Shown here: one piece after another, positions 47,371-56,639 of the stretch
How the letters are laid out: every line of letters begins with the position of its first letter
Position numbering within the stretch: the first letter of the stretch is position 1
NCBI GenBank assembly: GCA_023249225.1
Contig: JAHFDA010000005.1
Location: 7,995 to 71,994 of the forward strand
Length of the DNA stretch: 64,000 nucleotides
Source: a bacterium
GTDB taxonomy: Bacteria > Margulisbacteria > Marinamargulisbacteria > JAHFDA01
Reading direction: 5' to 3'
Notes under the pieces: generated by a model
The model's input: the letters and a program-made list of their open reading frames with translations, nothing else
Databases searched by the model: none
Told to the model about the DNA's origin: nothing
Position numbers and translations under genes: made by a program

Positions 47371-49659
47371 GTGCGCGCTAAAACGTTGGCCATTGTAGGG
47401 GGAAGCCTGGCGCTTGCCGTTTTGCTTGTGTGGACCGGAGCCTGGGTATGGGCGCGTACTTTTTTTACGCCCGTAGAGTTGGGTTGGACGCTGGCAGACT
47501 ATCTATCAAACCGTTGCGGTCTGCCTGCAAAACTTACGCAAGCAAATCTGCACATGTCCTTGCAGCATGGCTTGGCGATCGATACTGAACCGATCACCAT
47601 TGGAGATCCCTTGGCCGGCTCGGCTTATGTGACCATTAGAAAAGCCTCTCTGGGCATAGACCTTTTGTCGATTTTTCATAAAAAATTGCATGTCAGCGCG
47701 ATCACCCTTAAAGACGTGTCTGTCATGGTAACCCGCGCTTCTGAAAATATCTGGCTCACGCCTTTTAAAGCAGGTTATCGCGAACGGGCTGCCCAACAAA
47801 GTTTTCCGGTCGAGATCGCGATTTCGCAACTTGATGTTACAAACTTGCAACTTGTGCTTGACGATCAAATCCGCCAAAGAAAATGGATCTATAACGATGG
47901 CGTCTTACGAACCCGCTTGAACGACGAAAAAAGCGGCGGGATTAACTTTCCGCTGGAATTACAGTTTAAAGAAGCGCACTATCAGCCGCAGGCGCAAGCT
48001 TTACAGCCCCTGCCGCCGGTGGATATCCGTGGCCAGTTTTTTTATGACCCCGAAGCGGACGAACTTGATATCCATCAATCGCAGTGGCAGTTACCGGGTG
48101 TTAAAGCGTCTGTGCTAGGTCATGTCAGCGGCTTTCGCTCGGTATGGGACATACACTTAAACATTTCTGCAGAAAAGATACAGCTAGAAAAACTTTTTCT
48201 AGCTTTGCCTTATGATTTTACCCGCCGCGACAAGTTTCATTACACATTGAAAGGTGACGGCAAATTAGAGGCCAGCATCAATGGTCTCTTTAATCCCATG
48301 CCATCCATAAAAGGGTCGCTCAAACTCAACCCTTTTTTGTTAGAAGCCCCCCGACATCTGCAGACCCAGGCCCGTTATGGCAAGGCCGATTTGTACTTTA
48401 CCGAAGATGGCTTTGAGCTAACCAATGGAGAACTGGTGGTCGCCAACAGCCGTTTTCAATACTGGGTGACGATGCCAAGTTTTTACGAAAATCATTTTAT
48501 ATTTTTTGTAGAATCACCGCAGATGGTTGTTTCTGATTTTAAAAAACCGGAACAGGGCAAAATGCCGTCAGGACTTTCTGCATCCATACCGGGATCCATT
48601 GCTTCAGAAGGTTGGAGAATTCCAGAAGACCTAAAATTAGAAGGCAATGTCACTATAAAAAAGATCAACTACCAGGATGCTGAATTTAACGATTTTAAGG
48701 CACGCGTCAACATGTTCAATCAGCTCATGCAAATCGATAACATCGAGGCCAAGGCCTTTGACGGCGATATGGATCTCATCGTGCAAATTAATGCTGCCAA
48801 TCCCGAGCTTTTGCTGTGGCAGGGCAAGGGCGGATTACATGCTTTTAACGTGGCGCCGCTGGGCGCTTGGTTGTACAAACGCAGCGCATTGTTTGGTTTA
48901 CTCAATGCCGATCTTACATTTTCCGGAAGCGGCTACAGTGCCTCACACAGCCTGCAAAGCCTGAACGGAAAGGGAAACCTGGAAATTATCCGGCCCGTGC
49001 TGGATCACATGCCCGTGCAGGCGCACATTGCCAATGAACTTAAGTGGGATCGCCTTCAGCGCCTGTATCCCAGCCAGAATATCAGCACGCCCATTTCGGT
49101 TGCTGACGGCAAGGTCTATCTTCCGCAAATCGAGGTAGGGGTTGATAACTTTATTTCGCGGTCAAGCGGCTGGGTGGGTTTCGATCACACTTTCGCGTTT
49201 AAAGTGGCCACCGTGGTAGGCTCCGAAGCCACCGATGAATTCATCGAGCAGCTTGGCCCCATTGTTCAGCCCCTCAAAACTCGGCTGGGGGATCTTAAAG
49301 CTAACTTTCAAGTGATATGCCTTAAACCCGGCGATGTTTCGGTAAACTGGGAAAAACAAAAAAAAGCTTTTCCAGATAACACCTATCTTTCGGCCATCAA
49401 ACTTCAAAAAGCATCCTTGTTTGACAATCCTTTCTTTAAGGATGAGGGCGACGACGACAAAGCCTCGGCTTTATTTGGTGATTCGGGTGAATCGGCTGCC
49501 GATAAATTTATGAATATGCAAAAAAAAGATGAGCCTAAAACAAAGGCCGAAGAAAACGTGGAACAACGCATCCAACGCGAAAAACGCGAGGCTGAAATAC
49601 GACGTAAAGAAGAAGAAGAACGCCGCTTGCGGGAGTTACGGGAAAAACTTCCTTTCTAG
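47371..49659 (+). CDS. AsmA-family protein
   Basis: N-terminal TM, long beta-rich repeats and SLNGKG AsmA-like C-terminal pattern. Confidence 0.7.
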   Translation: MRAKTLAIVGGSLALAVLLVWTGAWVWARTFFTPVELGWTLADYLSNRCGLPAKLTQANLHMSLQHGLAIDTEPITIGDPLAGSAYVTIRKASLGIDLLSIFHKKLHVSAITLKDVSVMVTRASENIWLTPFKAGYRERAAQQSFPVEIAISQLDVTNLQLVLDDQIRQRKWIYNDGVLRTRLNDEKSGGINFPLELQFKEAHYQPQAQALQPLPPVDIRGQFFYDPEADELDIHQSQWQLPGVKASVLGHVSGFRSVWDIHLNISAEKIQLEKLFLALPYDFTRRDKFHYTLKGDGKLEASINGLFNPMPSIKGSLKLNPFLLEAPRHLQTQARYGKADLYFTEDGFELTNGELVVANSRFQYWVTMPSFYENHFIFFVESPQMVVSDFKKPEQGKMPSGLSASIPGSIASEGWRIPEDLKLEGNVTIKKINYQDAEFNDFKARVNMFNQLMQIDNIEAKAFDGDMDLIVQINAANPELLLWQGKGGLHAFNVAPLGAWLYKRSALFGLLNADLTFSGSGYSASHSLQSLNGKGNLEIIRPVLDHMPVQAHIANELKWDRLQRLYPSQNISTPISVADGKVYLPQIEVGVDNFISRSSGWVGFDHTFAFKVATVVGSEATDEFIEQLGPIVQPLKTRLGDLKANFQVICLKPGDVSVNWEKQKKAFPDNTYLSAIKLQKASLFDNPFFKDEGDDDKASALFGDSGESAADKFMNMQKKDEPKTKAEENVEQRIQREKREAEIRRKEEEERRLRELREKLPF

Positions 49660-49661
49660 CA

Positions 49662-50579
49662 ATGGCACAGCATTTCTATCCATTAAAGCACTGGAGCGCT
49701 TATGCGGTGGCAGGCTTCGATGCCCAGGATTTTTTGCAGCGCCTCACCAGCCAAAACTACAAGACCCATCGTGTCGGCCAGGCCAAAGACATGGCGGTGC
49801 TCACGGCCACTGGAGACGTGATTGGGTACAGCGTGGGTTGGAATGTTGAACCCGGAGTTTTTGGGTTTATGGCCGATGCGCAGGAGATTCCGGTGCTGCT
49901 TGAAAAACTGGAGATGTTTCATTTTGCTGAAAGACTAGAAATCAAGGCGCTACCAGACCTGACAACCATGATCTTATTTAATAAACATCCCGAACAAGTC
50001 GCCGATGGAGCAGTGCTTGGTCAATCTGCGCTGGAACCAGGTCTGTGTGGGCAGACAAATTTAAACGGTCTTCGGGTCACCTGGCTTACGCGCAAGGGTC
50101 TGTGTGCGAGTGACCTGTGGTTTATCCTGCCTCAAGCGCAGCAGCCGCACGTTGCCGAAATGCTGAAATCCCAAAAGATTGTGCCCGCGTCCGAAGCTCA
50201 ATTTGAGTTCTACCGCATCCGCGCCGGTTGGCCCAAGCGTGGCGTCGATTACGATGAGGAGTCGATGATTCTTTCGGTGGGCCTGCGTTTAGGCGCTGCC
50301 TTTGGCAAGGGTTGTTATCCAGGGCAGGAAGTGGTTGAGCGTGCCACGGCGATTGGTTCAAGTCCGCAGACACTGGCCACTGTAAAACTTTCAAAAATGC
50401 CCGACGCCGTCCCCCCGATGCTTTTATCGGTAGAAGGCCGTGAAGCCGGCCGGGTGACATCCATTGCCGAACTGGATGGAACCATTCTGGGCTTGGGACA
50501 GATTAGAACCAAACAAGCCGGGTTAAATAAAGCCGTGCAAGTGGCGGATAGTCCGGCTGAAATTGTGGCGTTGTATTAA
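49662..50579 (+). CDS. ygfZ: YgfZ/GcvT-like folate-binding protein
   Basis: GxDAxDFLQ and KGCYPGQE signature. Confidence 0.88.
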   Translation: MAQHFYPLKHWSAYAVAGFDAQDFLQRLTSQNYKTHRVGQAKDMAVLTATGDVIGYSVGWNVEPGVFGFMADAQEIPVLLEKLEMFHFAERLEIKALPDLTTMILFNKHPEQVADGAVLGQSALEPGLCGQTNLNGLRVTWLTRKGLCASDLWFILPQAQQPHVAEMLKSQKIVPASEAQFEFYRIRAGWPKRGVDYDEESMILSVGLRLGAAFGKGCYPGQEVVERATAIGSSPQTLATVKLSKMPDAVPPMLLSVEGREAGRVTSIAELDGTILGLGQIRTKQAGLNKAVQVADSPAEIVALY

Positions 50580-50851
50580 TCCAAACCCCGATAAACGTCG
50601 CTGCGATGTCCTACACGGATCACCAACACCAGTAGTACAGCTGACTGAACGTCATAGACCAGACGGTAATCGCCTAATCGTATGCGATAAAGGGATTCAT
50701 GACCTTTGATTTTTTTGATTTTCAAGATTTCAGAGAACGGATCGGTTGCCAAAGCCAGCAGCGCGGTTTTAATACGTTGCTGAATGTGCGGCGGAAGCTG
50801 CTTGAGCTCCTTGGCTGCGGACTTGGTAAAGTCGATGCGGTGTTTAGCCAT
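50576..50851 (-). CDS. RelE/ParE-family toxin
   Basis: YRIRLGDYRLVY...VGHRSDVY motif. Confidence 0.9.
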   Translation of the reverse strand: MAKHRIDFTKSAAKELKQLPPHIQQRIKTALLALATDPFSEILKIKKIKGHESLYRIRLGDYRLVYDVQSAVLLVLVIRVGHRSDVYRGLD

Positions 50852-51059
50852 GCAGATGTTTAAATGCTTCGGCCATACTTACATGGGGTTCATGTTTGCG
50901 GGCATGGTAAATTTGCAAGTCGTATTCATCTTCCAGCTTCTCCACAATGGCATCTTCTACAAACGAACTTACCTTTAAGCCACGCTGTTTGCACAGCGAC
51001 TTCATGGCGTCAGAAACTTTCTTGTCGAGCGTGGTGGAAAATGGGCCAGGTTTGCGCAT
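50844..51059 (-). CDS. Antitoxin (ribbon-helix-helix type)
   Basis: Small gene overlapping the toxin start; AAGGAG RBS before ATG 51059; EKLEDEYD motif. Confidence 0.75.
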   Translation of the reverse strand: MRKPGPFSTTLDKKVSDAMKSLCKQRGLKVSSFVEDAIVEKLEDEYDLQIYHARKHEPHVSMAEAFKHLHG

Positions 51060-51072
51060 AAGGGTCTCCTTC

Positions 51073-51094
51073 ATTAAAAATAATTATTTTTAAT
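51073..51094. promoter_or_regulatory. 22-bp perfect palindrome, candidate TA operator
   Basis: ATTAAAAATAATTATTTTTAAT between the -10 element and the RBS of the antitoxin. Confidence 0.5.
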
Positions 51095-51167
51095 TATTAT
51101 AGATTAAGATGCTTTGGGACAATCAAAAGGCGCAATGCGTGTCTATGTTATGGGTGACTTATCCTAT

Positions 51168-51241
51168 CCCGGATTATTCACGCATATGAAGCAGATACCT
51201 ACACACGGGAGCCCGCTACAAGAGAGTATGAATAGTGCGGG
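51168..51241 (+). mobile_element. MITE family A, short diverged copy
   Basis: CCCGGATTATTCA...TGAATAGTGCGGG flanked by a CTAT/CTAT direct repeat. Confidence 0.8.
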
Positions 51242-51452
51242 CTATTTTAATAAGCGACTGGCATACTGCCCGGACGGACAATGACTTTAAAACCCTGAAA
51301 AGTAGGATAGGCCTTTTCAAGCTCGTCTTTGATTGACGGATCACACATGACAGAAATGGCCAAGGGGCTTTGGGGATCCTGTAAGTTTTCTCGAGTAATG
51401 CCTACGCCAAAAATTTTATTGAAAAGATAACAAAGTTTGTTAAAATTCAGAC

Positions 51453-51755
51453 ATGCGGGTTTTAAATATCAATCTTACAGATGACCAGTACAAGTTTATA
51501 CAAACCCGCGTCAAAAGTGAGGGTTTTGCCAATGTAAGCGAATACATGCGCGCGATTGTCCGTTTTCTGCAAAATGTTAAGGCCTCCCCTAAAGTGCACC
51601 TGGAAATTAAAGACACGCCTGGTAGCCTGACACCTGCAGAAATCGAAACCAGTCTTTCACAATATGGGTACAGCAAAGATTTTATTAAAAGCGTTGCTCA
51701 AGGCTTTAAGGGATCTGCATTTTACAAAAAGCACAAACGTGGTAATGGACATTGA
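51453..51755 (+). CDS. Putative RHH/ParD-like antitoxin
   Basis: MRVLNINL...FIQTRV..GFANVSEYMR RHH pattern; overlaps the next gene. Confidence 0.7.
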   Translation: MRVLNINLTDDQYKFIQTRVKSEGFANVSEYMRAIVRFLQNVKASPKVHLEIKDTPGSLTPAEIETSLSQYGYSKDFIKSVAQGFKGSAFYKKHKRGNGH

Positions 51756-51990
51756 GCCTTTAAATTCTAGACTGCAGCGTTACGTTGTTTCCCACGGGCT
51801 TGAAAAAAAACTCAAAAAACAGTTGGCACTATTGAAGCAAGATGTTTTTAACAAGGGCTTGAATTTTGAAAAGTTAGTACCTCACCCACTGGGACTGTAT
51901 AGTTTTCGACTAGACCGTCAGTATCGGGCCATCTGTGTGGTAGAAGGCAATGGACTGGAAATCGTGGATATTAACAACCATTACCGGTGA
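51745..51990 (+). CDS. Putative RelE/HigB-like toxin
   Basis: LNFEKL...LYSFRLDRQYRA...IVDINNHY; start placed at ATG 51745. Confidence 0.75.
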   Translation: MDIEPLNSRLQRYVVSHGLEKKLKKQLALLKQDVFNKGLNFEKLVPHPLGLYSFRLDRQYRAICVVEGNGLEIVDINNHYR

Positions 51991-51992
51991 CA

Positions 51993-52442
51993 TCAAAACT
52001 GTTTCTGCGAATCCAGCAATATCGTATAGGGCCCCCAGTTGTGAATGTGCACGTCCATCATGGCGCGAAAGCGGCCGGTTTCGACTGTCAGGCCGCTTAA
52101 ACGAAGTTTGGCCGTGAGGTCTTCATAGAGTTTTTCTGCAGCCTCGGGCGGGGCGGAGTCAGAAAAAGAGGGGCGCGTGCCTTTGCGGACGTCTCCCAAA
52201 AGTGTGAACTGGCTTACGACGAGCAACGCACCTTTTATGTCTACGACCGAAAGATTCGACTTGCCCTCGGTGTCTTCAAACATACGCAGTGCCAGAATTT
52301 TTCCGGCCATCCAGTCTACATCGTCTGGAGCATCCTCTTTATGGACACCCACAAAAATCAGCAGGCCGCTTTGAATGGCACCCACGGTTTCAGCGCCAAC
52401 CAGCACGGAGGCAGACTTAACGCGTTGCAAGACAGCACGCAT
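51993..52442 (-). CDS. dtd: D-aminoacyl-tRNA deacylase
   Basis: [13 protein letters not shown] and NxGPxT motifs. Confidence 0.96.
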   Translation of the reverse strand: MRAVLQRVKSASVLVGAETVGAIQSGLLIFVGVHKEDAPDDVDWMAGKILALRMFEDTEGKSNLSVVDIKGALLVVSQFTLLGDVRKGTRPSFSDSAPPEAAEKLYEDLTAKLRLSGLTVETGRFRAMMDVHIHNWGPYTILLDSQKQF

Positions 52443-52450
52443 CTAGGATG

Positions 52451-55252
52451 CTAGGCCAGGGTCACCCAAAGCTCGACAAAGTTCTGCCCCAGCGCCAGAA
52501 GTTCAGCTTTGGAAATTTGTACACCGCCTGTAGGTTGCGACTGAAAGCGCAGGGGCTTCGACCCGCATTGCACCGCGTTGACTTGATAATCTTCTGGTGT
52601 CTTGCGCGCGACATTGTGGTACGTCACATGAATGCGCAAACCCGCAAACCAGGTTTCGATACTGGCTTGGTTCTGGACATTGAACTGCTCTGGCACAAGT
52701 TGCGGGTCAAGCACCAGGTCTCCCAACTCGCCGCGCACGCCAAACATGCGCGTCACAATGGTTACAAGCGACCAGGAGGCTGATCCCGTAAGGTAGTGAT
52801 ACCGTCCGCGACCTTCGGCGTTAAAGTACTCTGGAAGTCCCGGTAGTATTTTTGACTGTGCGGAATGAAAGGCCAGTTGATACAGGCTTGAAAAAGCGTT
52901 AAAGGCCTCGCTGCCAAAATGCCGCTGATACAAGGCATTGGCCCACATCACGGCCATGTGACTAAAGATTGCACCGTTTTCTTTTTCGCCGTAACTAAAT
53001 GAAAAAGCCCGACCCATTTCAAATTGCGGAGCGCCATAGTTGGTGTTTAAGCGTATGCCGCCCACACGGGCATCCCACAAATGCTGTCTGACGGCCTGCA
53101 CGCAAGATTGAATTTGGGCTGTGCTGGCCACGCCGGACATCACCGGAAAAACCTGGCCCGTCAGCGACATCTGAAACACCCCCAGCGCATTTTTACCCTC
53201 GGTACGCTCGCCACGGTTGTTGTAATACCCGTTGAAATATCCAAAGTCGCTTTCATGCGCCAGCCATTCTTGATGGGCCACGCGCTGCGTCAGAAATTCC
53301 GATTTGGCCCGCAAGTCTTTTACCAGCTCTGCCACGGGAATGTTAATGGTTTTTCCGGTGAGTTGGTGGCGCACCGACTTAAAGTAATCCTGCAATCTGT
53401 TTTGTTTTTGTACCAGCTGATCATAGTCCAGTGCAACCCCGGTGGCCCGATCCAAAAGCTGGGTCAGTTCTTCAAAAAGGGTGCAGTGCTCAAGTTTTTT
53501 TTGGCTGGCAAGTTGTTCTAAAAGGTCGGCGATGCGTTTAAGGTTTCCGGCATACATGGCGGTAAACGCTACCGACTCACCGCGCTCGTGCGCCATATCG
53601 AGGCCATCGTTCCAGTCGGCATCTTCAAGGCGGCAAATGTGGTGCTCACCCACGTTAAAAAAAGCCACCAGATGCGGCACCAGCACGTGCTCAAGAATAC
53701 TGCCCTGGTAGGCTTGATGGTCCTGCGAAAGTTGACGCGTACCTTGCGAAATTTGCCACTCGGCATCGACTTGTTTTGCGCGGAAAATCAGTGCGTCCTT
53801 AAAGTAACTTTGTTTGCGCAGCAAAAACCCGACATCCCCGGTTTGATGCAGGTAAAGCTCCAGCGTCAGCCAGGGCCACACGCCATGATCCATCCAGGTG
53901 CGTGAAATTTTGTTACGGTCGGCCACAAATTCTCCGGGCTTTTTACCGATGATGGTGGCGTTGCTGCCATCAACGCGCACGCCGCCAAAATTATCTTCGA
54001 GCAATTTCGGAGTTTCCTGGGGCTGCGAGAGCAGCAGCGCCAGACAATCCTGCCACAAATCGCGCCAACCCCGACCTCCGCGGCCATAACCAAAGTCTGG
54101 TAAGAAACTACAACCATAAATTTTGCGCAGCATGGGCTGGAAACTGATCCAATGAAACCAAGTGTCAAAGTTTGCATCGGCGCTATGGATGCGGTGTCTG
54201 CTCGTGCGGCGGCGCCATTCCGCACGGGTTTGCTCAAAGGATTGTTTGAGCTTTGTCAGGTCAAGCAAACGGGTTTTAAGTTCTGATAACTGCTGATCGT
54301 TCTCACCCATGCCAAGCACCAAAGCAATTTCAACGCTTTCGCCTGGTTTGAGCGTAAGCTGCTTAAATTGTGCTGCCCCCAATGCTTGTTTGCCATCCGT
54401 ACGGTACGAACCCATTTGCGGCGGATCCTGACCCTCTAAAAGAGCCAACGGTTGTTCGAGACTGCCACCCTCGCCGATAAATTCTTCCTGTGTCAGCCAC
54501 AAGGCATCGGGTTTCGATTTAAGCGCGCTTGTGGCCCATACCGCATAACGCCATTCGTTTTTAGTGTGCCCACGCTCGTCGAAACTCATCACCGGTTGCA
54601 CGATCACACCGTGGGCATCGCTGCGGATGCGGTTAAGCAGGGTCGTCACTTGTCGGTGGTCGCGCAGATTATCGGCGCTGCGCGCAAAAACAGGCACCGC
54701 GCTGACCAGATTGAAGGTAAGCGCTTCATCGCCAGTGTTCTCTATGTTGATCAAGTGACACTCTGCAAGCAAGGCCTCGCTGGGCACAAACACAGTCCAC
54801 TCGACCTTGAGTTTAAGGCTCTGGTGATCACGGATGATTTTGAGCCAGCCCGGCCCACCCACCATGATTTCTTCGATGTCGAGCGTATGCAGCGGAAAAG
54901 CGCCCGCCGCCACGTTCCAAAGGCGCGGCGCATTTTTGGAAAGCGGGCCAACAACCTGCACCCACAAGGCCCGCCGCCACGAGGACTCCGGCAGATCCTC
55001 TGTGACCACCGGCTTAAGAAAAAAATGATTCTGGTCTATTTTTAAATCGCCGCGCAGATCGGGAGTAACGGCAGACATCATGCCTGCGTCATTGGCCAGC
55101 GGAAAGTACAGGCTGCTTAGCGCCGAAGGATAACGGCACTCGAAACTGCCAAATTCATCGGTAAAACGCCATAAGGGGCCCTTGCCTTCGCGGGCCAGCA
55201 AGCCGTCGGGAACGACGCTGGTGGGGATGGGCGAAACGTCGATTACGGGCAC
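52451..55252 (-). CDS. GH94-like glycoside phosphorylase (cellobiose phosphorylase family)
   Basis: GWRDLWQD, DWNDGL, GEKENGAIFSH and TGSASW motifs. Confidence 0.85.
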   Translation of the reverse strand: MPVIDVSPIPTSVVPDGLLAREGKGPLWRFTDEFGSFECRYPSALSSLYFPLANDAGMMSAVTPDLRGDLKIDQNHFFLKPVVTEDLPESSWRRALWVQVVGPLSKNAPRLWNVAAGAFPLHTLDIEEIMVGGPGWLKIIRDHQSLKLKVEWTVFVPSEALLAECHLINIENTGDEALTFNLVSAVPVFARSADNLRDHRQVTTLLNRIRSDAHGVIVQPVMSFDERGHTKNEWRYAVWATSALKSKPDALWLTQEEFIGEGGSLEQPLALLEGQDPPQMGSYRTDGKQALGAAQFKQLTLKPGESVEIALVLGMGENDQQLSELKTRLLDLTKLKQSFEQTRAEWRRRTSRHRIHSADANFDTWFHWISFQPMLRKIYGCSFLPDFGYGRGGRGWRDLWQDCLALLLSQPQETPKLLEDNFGGVRVDGSNATIIGKKPGEFVADRNKISRTWMDHGVWPWLTLELYLHQTGDVGFLLRKQSYFKDALIFRAKQVDAEWQISQGTRQLSQDHQAYQGSILEHVLVPHLVAFFNVGEHHICRLEDADWNDGLDMAHERGESVAFTAMYAGNLKRIADLLEQLASQKKLEHCTLFEELTQLLDRATGVALDYDQLVQKQNRLQDYFKSVRHQLTGKTINIPVAELVKDLRAKSEFLTQRVAHQEWLAHESDFGYFNGYYNNRGERTEGKNALGVFQMSLTGQVFPVMSGVASTAQIQSCVQAVRQHLWDARVGGIRLNTNYGAPQFEMGRAFSFSYGEKENGAIFSHMAVMWANALYQRHFGSEAFNAFSSLYQLAFHSAQSKILPGLPEYFNAEGRGRYHYLTGSASWSLVTIVTRMFGVRGELGDLVLDPQLVPEQFNVQNQASIETWFAGLRIHVTYHNVARKTPEDYQVNAVQCGSKPLRFQSQPTGGVQISKAELLALGQNFVELWVTLA

Positions 55253-55317
55253 GAGGGTATTATATCGTCTGGACCGGTCTTTATTACGGGTTTAAAAACT
55301 CCAAAATAGGTGCAAAA

Positions 55318-56514
55318 ATGGAGTCAGTGCTTCCAAGATTACTTATTATCGATAAGATACCAGATTACCAGTCCTTCTTTTTATTTGGACCGCGTGGGTC
55401 GGGCAAAAGTACGCTGATTCAGAACTACTTAAAAACACAGCCGGGGCATCTCCAATATGACTTGCTGCGTGGCCAGGATCACCTGCGCTTGTTGCAAAAA
55501 CCGTGGGGCATCCGTACCGAAGTCGAAGAGCAGTTGCGCAAGTCACCGTCCGGAGTACTCCAGGTACACATCGACGAAGTCCAGCGCATTCCAGATTTGC
55601 TCAACGAAGTGCATTCGATGATTGAAAGCTTTCCGAAAAAAGTAAGATTCATCCTTAGCGGATCAAGCGCCCGCAAGTTAAGACGCGCAGGCACCAATTT
55701 ACTTGCAGGACGGGCGTGGCTGAAATATTTGGATCCTTTTACGGTGTATGAGCTGGGCAGCGCATTTAATCTGGCCCAGGCTCTGCGTTTTGGAATGTTG
55801 CCCAAGGCATGGGAAGGATCCAATGAGGAACGCCAGGAATATTTGCTCGCTTACGTGAACACCTATTTGCGCGAGGAAATTCAAATCGAAGCAGCCATTC
55901 GCAAACTGGATGCCTTTTCACGCTTTTTAGAAGCGGCGGCCAAAACCAATGGCCAACTGGTGAACTTTAGCAAGCTGGCCACCGAAGCCAGCGTCGAACG
56001 CAAGTCGGTAACGGATTACTACAAAATTCTGGAAGACACGTTGATGGGTTTTCAACTGCCGTCCTGGGGCAAGCGCCAATCGCGCAAAGACCTGGTTGAA
56101 CACGGCAAATTCTATTTTGCCGATTGCGGCATCGTCAGCGCCCTTACCGGCACTCTGCCTGGCGGCGTCACACCCGCCCACCCCTATTACGGCTTTGTGT
56201 TTGAACATTTTGTCATGGTGGAATTTATGAAGCTCCAGCGCCTGAAATCCGCTCAAACCAAAACCGGATTTTTCCGCACCCGCGCCGGATCCGAAATTGA
56301 CCTGATCATCGAAGGCCCGGACAGTTTACGGGCGATTGAAATCAAAAGCAGTCCGCAACTTGGCCGACATGATTTAAGCGCCTTGAAAAATTTTAAACAG
56401 GAATTTCCGCAGGCCGAATGTCTGGTGGTGTACGCCGCCGAACGGAGTGCAATACTTGACGGCATCCGCTGTGTGCCGTGGAATGAATTTTTGGAGGGGG
56501 AGATTGGCGCTTAG
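55318..56514 (+). CDS. AAA_14 ATPase with DUF4143 / PD-(D/E)xK-like C-terminus
   Basis: GPRGSGKST, IDEVQR, SGSS, LAGRA, KFYFADCG and EIDLII...AIEIK motifs. Confidence 0.88.
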   Translation: MESVLPRLLIIDKIPDYQSFFLFGPRGSGKSTLIQNYLKTQPGHLQYDLLRGQDHLRLLQKPWGIRTEVEEQLRKSPSGVLQVHIDEVQRIPDLLNEVHSMIESFPKKVRFILSGSSARKLRRAGTNLLAGRAWLKYLDPFTVYELGSAFNLAQALRFGMLPKAWEGSNEERQEYLLAYVNTYLREEIQIEAAIRKLDAFSRFLEAAAKTNGQLVNFSKLATEASVERKSVTDYYKILEDTLMGFQLPSWGKRQSRKDLVEHGKFYFADCGIVSALTGTLPGGVTPAHPYYGFVFEHFVMVEFMKLQRLKSAQTKTGFFRTRAGSEIDLIIEGPDSLRAIEIKSSPQLGRHDLSALKNFKQEFPQAECLVVYAAERSAILDGIRCVPWNEFLEGEIGA

Positions 56515-56639
56515 GGATTTTTTTTGTCAAACAATATTCTCCAAATTTAGATAATTTATTTTGACAAAATAATTTAGCTTTTATGTCAAAAATACATAAA
56601 TTTTACATTGAGCCAATCTTGAGGACGTATAATGCTTTC

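Noticed and set aside
15311..51241. Repeats as a CRISPR array
   Set aside because: The copies are dispersed, have TIRs and TSDs, lack a repeat-spacer period, and no cas genes are present.
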